Source: Alphaproteobacteria bacterium (GTDB lineage Bacteria; Pseudomonadota; Alphaproteobacteria; RF32; CAG-239). From it: 64,000 nucleotides of DNA. Each line of letters starts with the position of its first letter. Positions within the stretch are counted from its first letter, which is position 1. This document shows, one piece after another, positions 10,384 through 21,195 of this stretch. A program made the translations under genes and the position numbers. The notes below the pieces were generated by a model. The model did no database searches, was not told the DNA's origin, and was given only the letters and a program-made list of their open reading frames with translations. The DNA is taken from contig JAFUSA010000008.1 in assembly GCA_017480745.1 (NCBI GenBank), forward strand, positions 86,090 to 150,089. The letters run 5' to 3'.

Positions 10384-11475
10384 TCAGCGGTTACTTTCAA
10401 AATTAATCCGCGGATCTACAAGTGAGTAGGTTATGTCGCTGACAAGTTTCAGCACCAAGCCCAAGAGGCCGAAGATGTATAGTGTGCCGAAAACTACCGG
10501 ATAATCGCGCGTCATAATTGCCTCGTAACCGAGCAATCCTAAGCCGTTGAGCGAAAAAATAACCTCAATTAACAGCGAACCGGTGAACAGCATTTTAATC
10601 AGCAGTGATGGAAATCCGGCAATAATTATCAGCATGGCGTTGCGGAAAATATGCCCGTATAAAATACGCTTTTCCGGAACGCCTTTGGCACGTGCAGTCA
10701 TAACATATTGCTTGTTTATTTCGTCTAAAAACGAGTTTTTGGTTAGCATGGTCAAACCGGCAAAACCGCCGATTACCATTGTTAATACCGGCAAGGTAAT
10801 ATGCCAAAAATAATCGCCTATTTTATGCAAAAGTGTAAAACTATCCCAATTATCCGACACTAATCCGCGCAATGGAAACCACTGCAAATAAACTCCTCCG
10901 GCAAAAAATACAATGAAAAATACTGCTAATAAAAACACGGGCATTGCTGAACCGACGACAATTAAAAACGATGTAATCGTATCAAACATTGAGCCGTCTT
11001 TTTGTGCTTTTTTAATTCCCAGCGGTATGGCAATCAAATAAATTATCAAAGTTGACCACAAACCGAGCGAAACCGAAACCGGTAACCGCTCTTTAATCAA
11101 ATCAACAATAGTTTTGTCGCGATAATAACTTTTACCAAAATCAAACAATAGATAATCTTTAAGCATCTTGCCGTAGCGATAATACCAAGGTTTATCAAAA
11201 CCGAATTGTTCTTCTAAAGCTTTAATTAAATCCTCCGGTACTCCCTGCGCACCAACGTATTTTGATGATGATGAAGAACCGGATGAAGCATTGCTGTTAA
11301 CCTCGCTCATTGCCGTAATCTGTGATTTAGCATCAGTATTCATTCCGCGATATTGCGCAAGAATATAATCCACCGGACCACCTGGAGCTAATTGAATTAT
11401 AGCAAAATTAACCGTTATAATCCCCCACAAAGTAAACGGAATTAATAAGAGTCTTTTTAAAATATATTGCCGCAT
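10384..11475 (-). CDS. ABC transporter permease, oligopeptide/microcin C (YejB-like) family
   Basis: [34 protein letters not shown], a typical DppB/YejB N-terminus. Start trimmed to 11475. Confidence 0.8.
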   Translation of the reverse strand: MRQYILKRLLLIPFTLWGIITVNFAIIQLAPGGPVDYILAQYRGMNTDAKSQITAMSEVNSNASSGSSSSSKYVGAQGVPEDLIKALEEQFGFDKPWYYRYGKMLKDYLLFDFGKSYYRDKTIVDLIKERLPVSVSLGLWSTLIIYLIAIPLGIKKAQKDGSMFDTITSFLIVVGSAMPVFLLAVFFIVFFAGGVYLQWFPLRGLVSDNWDSFTLLHKIGDYFWHITLPVLTMVIGGFAGLTMLTKNSFLDEINKQYVMTARAKGVPEKRILYGHIFRNAMLIIIAGFPSLLIKMLFTGSLLIEVIFSLNGLGLLGYEAIMTRDYPVVFGTLYIFGLLGLVLKLVSDITYSLVDPRINFESNR

Positions 11476-11479
11476 TATT

Positions 11480-13279
11480 TTATTGCTCCTTAATCCACCA
11501 AGTGAACGGTTGAAACCCAACTTTCAAATTTGTATCCGGACGTCCGAATTTATCCCAATAAGCAATGCGCGAAAAGGGCGAATACCACTGAAAAATCATG
11601 TAATTTTCACTGAGTAAAACTCTATCCAGCGCTTTAACATAAGCCACATAATCTTCTTTTTCCTGCGCCGATACTAAACCTTTTATCAATTCATCTACCA
11701 CCGGATTTTTTATACCTATAATATTATTGCTTCCCTTAATATCGGCAGATTCACTACCCCAATAATCGCGTTGTTCATTGCCCGGAAGTTGTGAAACACG
11801 ATAAGAAACAATCGCCATATCAAAATCAAAATTATCCAAACGATTTTTGAATATGTTGACTTCCAAATTTCGAAACACCGCTTTAATACCTATTTTGCGC
11901 AAATTTTCAATAAACGGCAACATAACCTTTGTAAAAGTAGCACCGTTTGCCGAATTGCTTAAAATCTCAATTTCCAAAGGTTCTCCTGTTTGCAAATTAA
12001 CCATTTTATCACCTGAAAAATCGAAACCTGCTTCTTTGAGCAAGGCTACTGCTTTTTTCAAATTTTTGCGAGAATTGTAAATATCTTCATTTACGGTTAA
12101 TTTATACGGCTTATTAAAAATATCAGGCGATAATTTATCGGCATATTGTTGCAAAATAGCTAATTCTTTACCTTGTGGCAAACCCGTTGCTTCCATACCG
12201 GTATTGGTAAAATAGCTGAACAATCGGCGATATTGCCCGTAAAACAGTTTTTCATTTGCCCACTCAAAGTTAAATGCTAAATCAATAGCCTTACGCACAC
12301 GCCGATCTTTAAACTTATCGCGACGCACGTTATAAGCAAAATTTTGCAAAGTTGCCGGATTATTATGTTCAATATTTTCTTTTTTTATTTTAGCAGATTT
12401 AATTAAATCATTGTCATAACCTGTCATCCAAATTTTGGCAATATATTCCTCCCGTGCGTCAATACTTCCGGAAAATAGGGCTTGTAAAGTAACAGTCGTA
12501 TCCTGATAATAATCATATCGAACAGTATCAAAGTTGTAAAATCCTTTGCGCACAGGCAAATCTTTGCCCCAATAATGCGGATTTTTTTGCAGTTCCACAA
12601 ATTTATTAACCTGAAAATCCTTAACCGTATAAGGACCGCTTCCCAACGGAACTTGTAATGTTGGTTTATCAAACTCACGTCCTTGCCAGTCTTTTTGCGA
12701 AAAAATATGAATTTGAGCCAAAATCATCGGCAATTCTTTATTATTTGTGCCTTCTTTGAAGTAAAAGCGCACTTCGCGATCATTTATTTTTTCCACTCTG
12801 TCCACATCGCCGTAATACATTCGATAAACTGGTGCGCCTTTTTCCATAATAGCATTGAAGCTAAACACCACATCGTCGGCCGTTACCTCCGAACCGTCAG
12901 AAAAACGCGCTTTGTTGTTAAGAATAAACCCGATATATGACTTATCTGCCGGAATATCGAATTTTTCTGCTAACAAAGGATATACCGTAAACGGATCATC
13001 TGCCGGAGAATATCCCAAAGTTTCTGCCCCCAACTCGGTAACAAAACTCGCTGCCACACCTTTGAAAATATATGGATTAAAATTATCAAAAGTTCCATAC
13101 GCCGGCAATACAATTTTTCCACCTTGTGGTGCTTGCGGATTAACATAATCAAAATGTTTAAAATCGGCTGAATATTTTGCTGCACCATATAAAGCGATAT
13201 AGTCATAAATTTTTGCCGAAGCCGACACGCTCCATAAACAAAGGGCAACAAACAAACTACTTACGATAATTTTCTTCAT
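11480..13279 (-). CDS. ABC transporter substrate-binding protein, family 5 (YejA-like)
   Basis: Signal peptide [22 protein letters not shown], about 600 aa, adjacent to the permease. Confidence 0.75.
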   Translation of the reverse strand: MKKIIVSSLFVALCLWSVSASAKIYDYIALYGAAKYSADFKHFDYVNPQAPQGGKIVLPAYGTFDNFNPYIFKGVAASFVTELGAETLGYSPADDPFTVYPLLAEKFDIPADKSYIGFILNNKARFSDGSEVTADDVVFSFNAIMEKGAPVYRMYYGDVDRVEKINDREVRFYFKEGTNNKELPMILAQIHIFSQKDWQGREFDKPTLQVPLGSGPYTVKDFQVNKFVELQKNPHYWGKDLPVRKGFYNFDTVRYDYYQDTTVTLQALFSGSIDAREEYIAKIWMTGYDNDLIKSAKIKKENIEHNNPATLQNFAYNVRRDKFKDRRVRKAIDLAFNFEWANEKLFYGQYRRLFSYFTNTGMEATGLPQGKELAILQQYADKLSPDIFNKPYKLTVNEDIYNSRKNLKKAVALLKEAGFDFSGDKMVNLQTGEPLEIEILSNSANGATFTKVMLPFIENLRKIGIKAVFRNLEVNIFKNRLDNFDFDMAIVSYRVSQLPGNEQRDYWGSESADIKGSNNIIGIKNPVVDELIKGLVSAQEKEDYVAYVKALDRVLLSENYMIFQWYSPFSRIAYWDKFGRPDTNLKVGFQPFTWWIKEQ

Positions 13280-14654
13280 CGGTCCAACCACCAAAAGGAT
13301 AAACCAAATCTTCATCATCTTCGTTTTTTGCCGTAACAGTTCTCTCGCCAGCCGTAAAAGATGCTTCTTCCACCGTATTCAATTTTGGCTCCGGATTTAA
13401 CTCAGGAGCAATATTTGTTGTTTCAGGTTGCAAATTCGCAGAGTTTTCAGCGGCTGAATTATTGCGCAAGCTTTCAAGAGTGCTCTGTAAATTACCGAAA
13501 GCGGGGCGCAAATTAACACTTGGAGCCTCCGCCGATAAACTCGGTTCTGCTTCCGAAGTGTTTTCGATTTCTGTTGATGATGAAAAAGCTGTAAACGATG
13601 GAGCTTCGCGTTCATCTTCATCTCCGCGAAAACTATTATGCAGGGCCTGAAAAAACGGATCAGGCTCACTACCTAAATCATAATCAATATCTTGTTCTTT
13701 TTTGCGAAACGGATTTAATTTACCCAAAAAAGAAAGAGGAGAAGTCGGCTCTGAATCTTCTTCATAATCCTCTTCTGTTTGATTACCCTCATCGTCATTT
13801 TTATCTATATTCATTATATTTTTACTTATCTGAGGTTCTTCCAAAGTGGCTATTTTCAGCACGGAAGAATAATCTTTTTGTGTTTGCGGCTCTGCTTGGT
13901 CCTGCGGTGTAAGCGATATTTTTTCCAGCCCCTCGCTAAGCGGAGCAATAATAGAATATACTTTGCCGAATACTCCGCTTTCTATCATCCCGATGAAAAC
14001 GCGATCACGATCATGTTTTTCAAGCAACAACATCAGATTTTGGTAGCGCGAACAAAACTCCAACAGCGATCCGCGAAACACTTTATCGCGATTAACTTTT
14101 TCTTTTACCCATGCGTCAAAAGTGCTTTGATTTTTACTTGCCTCCACAATGGCTTTTCCCAAAGTCCAACGTTCGCCACGGCGTACGCGTTGCCACAAAT
14201 TATCTAATTGCGCCATAGAGGCAATATTGCAACGCTGGATAATTTCCCCCAACGCCTCATTCATATCGTTGATAAACAAATCAAATTTATTGAGCACAAA
14301 GCCGTCTTTAATCTCGTGTTCGGCATCTAACATAACTCGCACCACCAAATCAGTATAATCCTGATTTTTTTGCAGTTGAGTTAAAAGTTCATTTTGTTTA
14401 ATATTCATATTGCGGTTACTCAAAAATTGATTAACATAGCCGAAAACCGCCCAAATTACCAATATTGGCAAAAAAATTACCAATAGCAATGTCAGCATAA
14501 TTTCCGGACTTTGTTCCCACAAACCCTCAACTTCTATTTTAGCACGCACAAATAAGAGCGCATAAATAAACCAACTAAACGAGGAAAAAACAGCGGTAAA
14601 AAAAGCAAACATCAGCATTTTATCAACCTTTGCGCAAGCAATTACAATTATCAA
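13257..14654 (-). CDS. Hypothetical membrane protein with acidic low-complexity C-terminus
   Basis: Two N-terminal TM helices and a D/E-rich tail. Start uncertain (alternative 14618). Confidence 0.5.
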   Translation of the reverse strand: MIIVIACAKVDKMLMFAFFTAVFSSFSWFIYALLFVRAKIEVEGLWEQSPEIMLTLLLVIFLPILVIWAVFGYVNQFLSNRNMNIKQNELLTQLQKNQDYTDLVVRVMLDAEHEIKDGFVLNKFDLFINDMNEALGEIIQRCNIASMAQLDNLWQRVRRGERWTLGKAIVEASKNQSTFDAWVKEKVNRDKVFRGSLLEFCSRYQNLMLLLEKHDRDRVFIGMIESGVFGKVYSIIAPLSEGLEKISLTPQDQAEPQTQKDYSSVLKIATLEEPQISKNIMNIDKNDDEGNQTEEDYEEDSEPTSPLSFLGKLNPFRKKEQDIDYDLGSEPDPFFQALHNSFRGDEDEREAPSFTAFSSSTEIENTSEAEPSLSAEAPSVNLRPAFGNLQSTLESLRNNSAAENSANLQPETTNIAPELNPEPKLNTVEEASFTAGERTVTAKNEDDEDLVYPFGGWTDEENYRK

Positions 14655-14775
14655 TATGATGCATTATATCGATTTTATGCAAATAAGCAAAGTTTTTTAT
14701 CAAAAAGTTCACAATGATTAGTAAAAAACTCCGATATGAAATCAGAGTTTTTCTCAAAGCACTAGTACAAAAATG

Positions 14776-15516
14776 TCAGTCAACCCAATCCATATCCCAC
14801 TCTTCTGAATTAGGATCAATATCGAAATGAAAGGATATAGCTGTATCATCAGGATCTGATTCTATAACTTCTGAACATTTTTCCGTAATTTTATCTACAG
14901 GAATCGGAAAAGATTTGAAGTAATAACCAATATCACTATACAAAAGAACTGCACTAACATTTGCTGATGTCCAATCTTGACTCAACAGTTCAATACATGC
15001 TTCTTCATTATCTCCAATGTAGTAATCAAGACTAAACGCCTGATTATCACCGCTTTTGGATTTAATTGTCGGACCTAACACAACCCCGTAACCAAAAGGA
15101 TTGGTAATAGACATAATCTTACCATCAGTTACAGTAATCATTTCATCAGGGAATATTTTGGCTTTTTTAACTATCGGACAGCCATTGTAAGCAGATTTGC
15201 CTGCATTATAGTCATAACATTGACAACCGGAAGCGGGGCAAGTGCCATCCTTACTACTACAATCCGCCCCTTCATAATTTCCCTGTGGTCCCCAAAAGGC
15301 ACGCACATTGCCGGCAATGAGAGTTATCTGTTCAATAGTTTTGTTAATACGATATTTCATCATCGCTTTTGAATATCCGGCGATTCCGCCAACACTCAAA
15401 ACACCAATTATAGCCAGCACGCCCAACATCTCAATCATTGAGCGACCGCTCTGTGCATTTTTCGTCATTGCGAGCGCAGCGTGGCAATCTATATTTTTTA
15501 TCTCTAAGTTTCTCAT
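14776..15516 (-). CDS. Prepilin-like protein, paralog 1 (class III signal peptide, G|RSMIEML)
   Basis: MRNLEIKNIDCHAALAMTKNAQSG|RSMIEMLGVLAIIGVLSVGGIAGYSKAMMKYRINKTIEQITLIAGNVRAFW. Glu at +5, hydrophobic helix, conserved EACIEL..DW, and a C-terminal Cys. Confidence 0.8.
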   Translation of the reverse strand: MRNLEIKNIDCHAALAMTKNAQSGRSMIEMLGVLAIIGVLSVGGIAGYSKAMMKYRINKTIEQITLIAGNVRAFWGPQGNYEGADCSSKDGTCPASGCQCYDYNAGKSAYNGCPIVKKAKIFPDEMITVTDGKIMSITNPFGYGVVLGPTIKSKSGDNQAFSLDYYIGDNEEACIELLSQDWTSANVSAVLLYSDIGYYFKSFPIPVDKITEKCSEVIESDPDDTAISFHFDIDPNSEEWDMDWVD

Positions 15517-15552
15517 AGTAAACTTCCTTTCGTATGAATTGTTGATATTACA

Positions 15553-15763
15553 TTAAAACAATACCGCCCCAACGAGGCGGCCGGAAGCTGCAAACTATTT
15601 TACACGAAATAGCGCCGCATATTAATACAAGATTCTATTCTGCGACCTTCCGGCCACTGCCGGAAATTTTTACGTCCATACGACGCGTGTAAAAGAGGCT
15701 TGCAGGCCCCAGACAAGTTATCTCATCTTATGTTTACTATACCATAAAAAAATCCAAAGTCAA
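15553..15763 (-). promoter_or_regulatory. Class A structured leader of pilin paralog 1
   Basis: Minus strand: TTGACT (15763-15758), 16-nt spacer, TGgTATAGT (-10 at 15741-15736). All class A blocks present. Terminator gccgcctcgttggggcggtattgtttt. Confidence 0.75.
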
Positions 15764-15811
15764 ATATTTTTTGCTAAGAAACCATCAAAAATTGCTATAC
15801 TATTTAAATAT

Positions 15812-15852
15812 AAAAATACCGCCGATCTGTTACAGAGTTGGCGGTATTTTTT
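15812..15852. terminator. Bidirectional terminator hairpin downstream of pssA
   Basis: ataccgcc...ggcggtat flanked by an A-run and a T-run. Confidence 0.7.
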
Positions 15853-15863
15853 GGTAAAATAGA

Positions 15864-16718
15864 TTATTCCGCGGTTTCGGAACGTGATTCTTCATACGCC
15901 TTTTTCTCGCGCATAAAACGCACAACCGTAAACGGAACGGAAAGCATATAACACAAAGTAAACAAACCCAGTGTCAACCACGGTTTAGTAATAAGACAGC
16001 TAACAAACATCGCTAACAAAATCATAATCGGTAAAAACCAATCGCTGCTGATTTTTGTTTTTTTCAACGATATAGTCGGAATGCGGCTAACCATTAAATA
16101 AGCCACCAAAACCATCACCACGCTACAAAAATACGGACTGCGTAATATAAAGGAAATTTCCGGAAAGTCAAATGACATTAACATTGGCATAACTCCGATT
16201 GCTGCCGCCATAGGCGCCGGAACTCCCACAAAATAATGCGACCAATATTCTGGAACAGCCGAATCTTCAAGCATAGTATTAAAGCGAGCCAAACGCATTG
16301 CCATTGCTGCTGAAAACATTAGAGTAAAAATCCATCCCCAATGCGGTAAATTACACAAACTCCATTGATACATTAAAATAGCCGGAGCCACTCCGAAACT
16401 AACAAAATCTGAAAGCGAATCCAGCTCGGCACCAAATTTTGAGGAAGCTTTCAATTTGCGTGCCACACGACCATCCAGTCCATCAAAAACACTGGCAAAA
16501 AAGATAAAAATCAATGCCATTGTCCATTTGCCCAAAATAGCATAACGAATTGTGGTTATACCCGAGCATAACGCCATCAAAGTCACAATATTCGGCGCCA
16601 TTTTACGGAACGGAATTTCCTTAAACTTGCCGATAGCCTTTTTTTTGATTACCGCTTGACCTTTAACCAAGGCTTTTACTTTTGCGGAAGTATTTTTTTT
16701 CATTATTTTCTCCATCAA
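15864..16718 (-). CDS. pssA: CDP-diacylglycerol--serine O-phosphatidyltransferase
   Basis: CDP-alcohol phosphatidyltransferase motif DGLDGRVARKLKASSKFGAELDSLSD. Multi-TM protein. Confidence 0.85.
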   Translation of the reverse strand: MMEKIMKKNTSAKVKALVKGQAVIKKKAIGKFKEIPFRKMAPNIVTLMALCSGITTIRYAILGKWTMALIFIFFASVFDGLDGRVARKLKASSKFGAELDSLSDFVSFGVAPAILMYQWSLCNLPHWGWIFTLMFSAAMAMRLARFNTMLEDSAVPEYWSHYFVGVPAPMAAAIGVMPMLMSFDFPEISFILRSPYFCSVVMVLVAYLMVSRIPTISLKKTKISSDWFLPIMILLAMFVSCLITKPWLTLGLFTLCYMLSVPFTVVRFMREKKAYEESRSETAE

Positions 16719-16940
16719 TAAGGGAGTTGTTAACAGAAATCGCGAATCAGATATAAGATATCAACAGACTTTGCTTACACCCCCATAAAGAATGCCGAAA
16801 CGCTGTTTCAGCCACATTCTCACAAATTAATCAGAGGAGAGTTTATCCTCTTTCCGCAGATAAATAAACACATTTTGAAAAAAAATTCAAGTTTTATCTT
16901 GCATTTTAATTTTTTCTATGTATAACATCATTTAGCAGAT

Positions 16941-17027
16941 GCGCTTGTGGCGGAATCGGTAGACGCTGCAGACTTAAAATCTGTTGGGATTTATCCCGTG
17001 CCAGTTCAAGTCTGGCCTAGCGCACCA
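16941..17027 (+). tRNA. tRNA-Leu (anticodon UAA), CCA encoded
   Basis: 87 nt. Acceptor gcgcttg/ctagcgc, anticodon loop cuUAAaa, long variable arm, T arm gccag-ttcaagt-ctggc. Confidence 0.9.
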
Positions 17028-17032
17028 AAACA

Positions 17033-17066
17033 AAAGCTTTCACTCTCAGTGTGGAAGCTTTTTTTG
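17033..17066 (+). terminator. Terminator after tRNA-Leu(UAA)
   Basis: aaagctttcac...gtggaagcttt followed by a T-run. Confidence 0.75.
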
Positions 17067-17133
17067 CCTCAAAAATACTGGGAGTAAATAACAAAGCGGT
17101 ATTTTCCTTAATTAGAAAATACCGCCTTTCTAT

Positions 17134-17220
17134 TGGTGCCCTGAAGAAGACTCGAACTTCCACTGCCTGAGGCAACATGCACCTGAAGCATGCGCGTCTA
17201 CCAATTCCGCCATCAGGGCA
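17134..17220 (-). tRNA. tRNA-Leu (anticodon CAG), CCA encoded
   Basis: Reverse complement tgccctgatggcggaattggtagacgcg-catgc-ttCAGgt-gcatg..., long variable arm, ends in ...gggcacca. Confidence 0.9.
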
Positions 17221-17314
17221 ACTTACCGCTTGAATATAGAAGTCTTTTATTTATCTGTCAACATATTTTTTATAATTTGTTGAATTATTACACTCAAAGC
17301 CTGAACTCGTTGCC

Positions 17315-17353
17315 GAAAGAAAAAATCCGCGATCTTTAATCTGGTCGCGGATT
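17315..17353 (-). terminator. Terminator after pilin paralog 2
   Basis: aatccgcga...tcgcggatt with a T-run on the minus strand. Confidence 0.7.
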
Positions 17354-17369
17354 TACTGTTGTAGAAATA

Positions 17370-17993
17370 TTACTTAACTTCTCCGCTGAGGGAGCTATCT
17401 GCGAAAAACATGATGACGGTATCATATCTATTAGTGCACATATTTACCGCTCCCTCCACACTAACCGGAACTTTTAAATCGTGCAAAGCTCCATCATCAT
17501 CACTGATAGTGATTATATTTATATTTGCTACTGTCCAGTCATAAGTTAATAGTTCAATACAAACTTCATCAGGAATATCATAATAGGCTATACTGAATGC
17601 TTTATTATCTTCCTCTTCTGCTAAACTAACCCCACCACCGAAAGGATTGGTAATAGAGGTGATTTTACCAGCCGCATTAATGGTAATCATTTCATCAGGG
17701 AATATTTTGGCTTTTTTAACTATCGGACAGCCATCACCGGAAGATTGCCCATAGCAACCGGCACTATTGCAATAACAACGCACCCCGATATAATTCTTCT
17801 GTGGTCCCCAAAAGGCATGCACATTTCCGGCAATGAGGGTTATTTGCTCAATGGTTTTATTGATTCTGTGTTTCATCATTGCTTTGCTATATCCGGCAAT
17901 TCCACCAACAGATAATACGCCGATTATGGCGAGCACTCCTAACATTTCTATCATTGAACGACCATTTTGATATTTAATTTCAAAGTTTCTCAT
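17370..17993 (-). CDS. Prepilin-like protein, paralog 2
   Basis: MRNFEIKYQNG|RSMIEMLGVLAIIGVLSVGGIAGYSKAMMKHRINKTIEQITLIAGNVHAFW...VCIELLTYDW. Confidence 0.8.
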   Translation of the reverse strand: MRNFEIKYQNGRSMIEMLGVLAIIGVLSVGGIAGYSKAMMKHRINKTIEQITLIAGNVHAFWGPQKNYIGVRCYCNSAGCYGQSSGDGCPIVKKAKIFPDEMITINAAGKITSITNPFGGGVSLAEEEDNKAFSIAYYDIPDEVCIELLTYDWTVANINIITISDDDGALHDLKVPVSVEGAVNMCTNRYDTVIMFFADSSLSGEVK

Positions 17994-18028
17994 AATCTTA
18001 TCTCCTAAATCATAGAGGTTAATACATT

Positions 18029-18260
18029 AAAAAAACTAACCGCCAAACGGCGGTCGGGAGAGGTAGAAAATCATATTAGTTGAAATGATTTCTGTGATCT
18101 TTAGACAATAGCCCTGTACATCCACCACAGACTCCCCAACCCACGTCGGAGATATTTCACATTCAATAACGATGTCAAAAACACCGCAACTAATAAGAGC
18201 TTTCTACAGCTCCGAACCGAAGTTCTAAGTTTATATTATCACAAAAAATCTAAAAGTCAA
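18029..18260 (-). promoter_or_regulatory. Class B structured leader of pilin paralog 2
   Basis: Minus strand: TTGACT (18260-18255), 16-nt spacer, TGaTAATAT. gaac-ttcg-gttc hairpin, atatctccgacgtgggttggggag, ctgtg..cacag, ctctcccgaccgccgtttggcggt + T-run. Confidence 0.75.
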
Positions 18261-18347
18261 AATATTTTTATCAGTATTTTTAACATTTTATTGAGTATTT
18301 TATTTTATAATGTCAGCCATTGCAAAACAGTATTTTTGAGGGAATTG

Positions 18348-21083
18348 ATGGCTAAGAAAAAAATAATAGAAGAAAAAAAAACACCGTGGTGGAAAACCGC
18401 TTTATGCAATATTTTCGGTATATTTTTTATTGTTTTTCCGTTGCTTGTTTATGCCGGATTGTCAGATTATCATGCGTCCGATCCCTCGTTTAATAAAGTT
18501 ACATCCGAAGAGGTGCAAAATTTTCTTGGGAAATTCGGTGCGTATAGCGCAGATTTTGTGTTAAGCTCATTTGGATTATCTTTGATTATCTTTTTGTTGG
18601 TGCCGATTTTTTGGGGTATCGGACTATTGAAATTTAAAAGCTTCAGCGAATATAAAAGCCGTATTTTTGCGTGGATTGTTGGTGTTTTATGTCTTGCCTG
18701 CTTTATTGATGTTGCTTGCAGTTCTTACATTGCAAGTCTGAACTTGCCGCATAATCTGACCGGAGATTGGAGTCATATAATCAGCCGATGGCTCAATAAT
18801 TATATCAATCAGGTTTCATTCCCTTATAATTCATTGATTATAAAATCTATAATTTTGTTTGTCAGTTTTTTGGCTTTCAATTTTTCTTCCGGCATAACAT
18901 TTAGTGTATGGGTAAAAATGTTTGGCAAAATAGGCGGTTTTTGCAAATCCGTTTACGCCGTATGTGTAAAAATATTCAAAAAAGCTGCCAATATTCGCAA
19001 CTTCAACGAGTTTCAAGAGCTAAATCCGCGCTATTTGCAAGAGAAGATAAAAAATAATTCTGCGCAAAAACATCAGAATGAACCAAAATTTGAAGAACAT
19101 GAAATCAATTTTGCTCCCAGTCTCAATGCTTCATCTTCACACAACATCAGTGTCACTCCGTTAACCGATGCGCTATTAGCACCAAGCATGAGTCTTAATT
19201 CTCAACCGACAAAATCCGCTTCTGTTTCCGGTTTAACCATAGAAATTCCGCAGTTCAATAATTCCGTTAATGATGTTTCTTCTCTAAACATAAACAAAAA
19301 TTCGTTAAATACCGAGCAAAACATTTTGACTCCTACTTTTGATTTTATGATTGATAGTGTAGAGGAAAATCCGTTGCCTAAAAAAGCAGAGAGCAAAGCC
19401 ACCACAAATAATATTTATCAAATTGACGGAGTTAAGAAATTTGTCAGCAAAATGCGCTCAAAAAATAAATCTGCCGATACAGCACAACAAGATGATTTAT
19501 TAACCGTTCCGACCTCGGCAACTGCTCCGCAGAAACCGTTGCAGGCACAGGTTGCTTTTAATGATTCGACAGCGATAGAAAAAAGCAAAGATGAATATGT
19601 TTTTCCGGATATTAATTTGCTTTCTGTTCCGCAAAATAAGGAAATTGAAATTGACGAAGAAGTATTAAAGAAAAATGCCGCACAGTTAGAACAGGTTTTG
19701 CAAGACTTTGGCATTCGCGGACAAATAGTTAAAGTTCGTCCCGGTCCGGTGGTTACACTTTATGAACTTGAACCGGCTCCGGGAATCCGCACAGCCAGAG
19801 TTATCGGTCTTTCAGATGATATAGCGCGTTCTATGGCGGTTGCTTCGGTGCGTATGGCGGTTGTTAGCGGACAAAAGACAATAGGTATTGAATTGCCTAA
19901 CTCGATTCGCCAAACTGTCGGCTTGCGAGAGCTTTTAGAAAGTAAAGATTTCAGAAACAGTAAAAATATTTTAAATGTTGCATTAGGTAAAGATATCGGT
20001 GGGCAGTATGTTTATGCAGATTTAGCCGGAATGCCGCATTTGTTGGTTGCCGGAACAACCGGTTCAGGTAAGTCGGTTGGTGTTAACTCAATGATTTTAT
20101 CTCTTCTTTACCGAATGACACCGGAGCAATGCAAATTTATTATGATTGACCCGAAATGCGTTGAGTTTTCTATGTATAATGGTATACCACATCTGCTTAC
20201 GCCGGTAATTACCGATCCGGCAAAGGCGGTGGTTGGCTTAAAATGGGCAGTGCAGGAAATGGAAAGCCGCAACCGTTCGTTGGCGCTGTTAAATGTGCGC
20301 AATATAAGCGGATATAACCGAAAAATTGAAGAAATCGCAAAATCTTCCAAAGAATTTAAAAAGACTATTCAAACCGGCTTTGACAAGGAAACAGGTAATC
20401 CTATTTATGAAGAACAGGTTATTGATACAACCCCAATGCCATACATAGTGATTGTGGTTGATGAAATGGCAGATTTAATGTTAGTTGCCGGAAAAGAGGT
20501 TGAAGCGGCAATTCAACGTTTGGCTCAAATGGGACGTGCGGTGGGTATTCACTTGATTATGGCCACACAACGTCCGTCGGTTGACGTTATTACCGGTGTG
20601 ATTAAAGCCAACTTCCCAAGCCGCATAAGCTTTCATGTGACTAACAAATTTGACAGCACAACCATTATCGGTGAAAAAGGAGCAGAACAATTGCTTGGAC
20701 GTGGTGATATGTTGTTTGTAGCCTCGGGAGATAAGCCACGGCGTGTTCACGGTTGTTTTGTGCCGGATGATGAAGTGGAAAAAATTGTTGAATTCATCAA
20801 AAAACAGGGTGAGCCTAAATATGTGGCAGAAGTTACTGCCGGTGAACTCAACAGTAAAGATTCCGGTCCGGTATTTGACAAAGGAGAAATGGGAGATGCC
20901 GGAGAAGATCTATATAGGCAAGCGGTGGACATTGTGCGCACAGATAAAAAAGCTTCCACCAGTTATGTTCAACGTAAACTGCGTATAGGATATAATCGTG
21001 CCGCAAACCTGATCGAACGTATGGAAGATGAAGGAATTGTCAGTCATCCGGATCATGTCGGTCGCCGTGAAGTCATCGGATAA
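18348..21083 (+). CDS. ftsK: DNA translocase FtsK
   Basis: N-terminal TM domain, low-complexity linker, motor domain with GTTGSGKSVGVN Walker A, and a C-terminal gamma (winged-helix) domain YVQRKLRIGYNRAANLIE. Confidence 0.95.
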   Translation: MAKKKIIEEKKTPWWKTALCNIFGIFFIVFPLLVYAGLSDYHASDPSFNKVTSEEVQNFLGKFGAYSADFVLSSFGLSLIIFLLVPIFWGIGLLKFKSFSEYKSRIFAWIVGVLCLACFIDVACSSYIASLNLPHNLTGDWSHIISRWLNNYINQVSFPYNSLIIKSIILFVSFLAFNFSSGITFSVWVKMFGKIGGFCKSVYAVCVKIFKKAANIRNFNEFQELNPRYLQEKIKNNSAQKHQNEPKFEEHEINFAPSLNASSSHNISVTPLTDALLAPSMSLNSQPTKSASVSGLTIEIPQFNNSVNDVSSLNINKNSLNTEQNILTPTFDFMIDSVEENPLPKKAESKATTNNIYQIDGVKKFVSKMRSKNKSADTAQQDDLLTVPTSATAPQKPLQAQVAFNDSTAIEKSKDEYVFPDINLLSVPQNKEIEIDEEVLKKNAAQLEQVLQDFGIRGQIVKVRPGPVVTLYELEPAPGIRTARVIGLSDDIARSMAVASVRMAVVSGQKTIGIELPNSIRQTVGLRELLESKDFRNSKNILNVALGKDIGGQYVYADLAGMPHLLVAGTTGSGKSVGVNSMILSLLYRMTPEQCKFIMIDPKCVEFSMYNGIPHLLTPVITDPAKAVVGLKWAVQEMESRNRSLALLNVRNISGYNRKIEEIAKSSKEFKKTIQTGFDKETGNPIYEEQVIDTTPMPYIVIVVDEMADLMLVAGKEVEAAIQRLAQMGRAVGIHLIMATQRPSVDVITGVIKANFPSRISFHVTNKFDSTTIIGEKGAEQLLGRGDMLFVASGDKPRRVHGCFVPDDEVEKIVEFIKKQGEPKYVAEVTAGELNSKDSGPVFDKGEMGDAGEDLYRQAVDIVRTDKKASTSYVQRKLRIGYNRAANLIERMEDEGIVSHPDHVGRREVIG

Positions 21084-21121
21084 GCCGAACAATCCTTTTT
21101 TTATAAAAACTGTTTGAATAA

Positions 21122-21186
21122 GTTACACTATTTAACCTAAAATAGCTATGAACTTCCGGCCGCCTCAGTGGGCGGTTGTTTTTATA
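21122..21186 (+). terminator. Terminator after ftsK, made from a 3' fragment of a class A leader
   Basis: cactatttaacctaaaatag + gaacttccggccgcctcagtgggcggttgttttt matches the last hairpin, third segment and terminator of class A leaders. Confidence 0.7.
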
Positions 21187-21195
21187 CATAATTTC

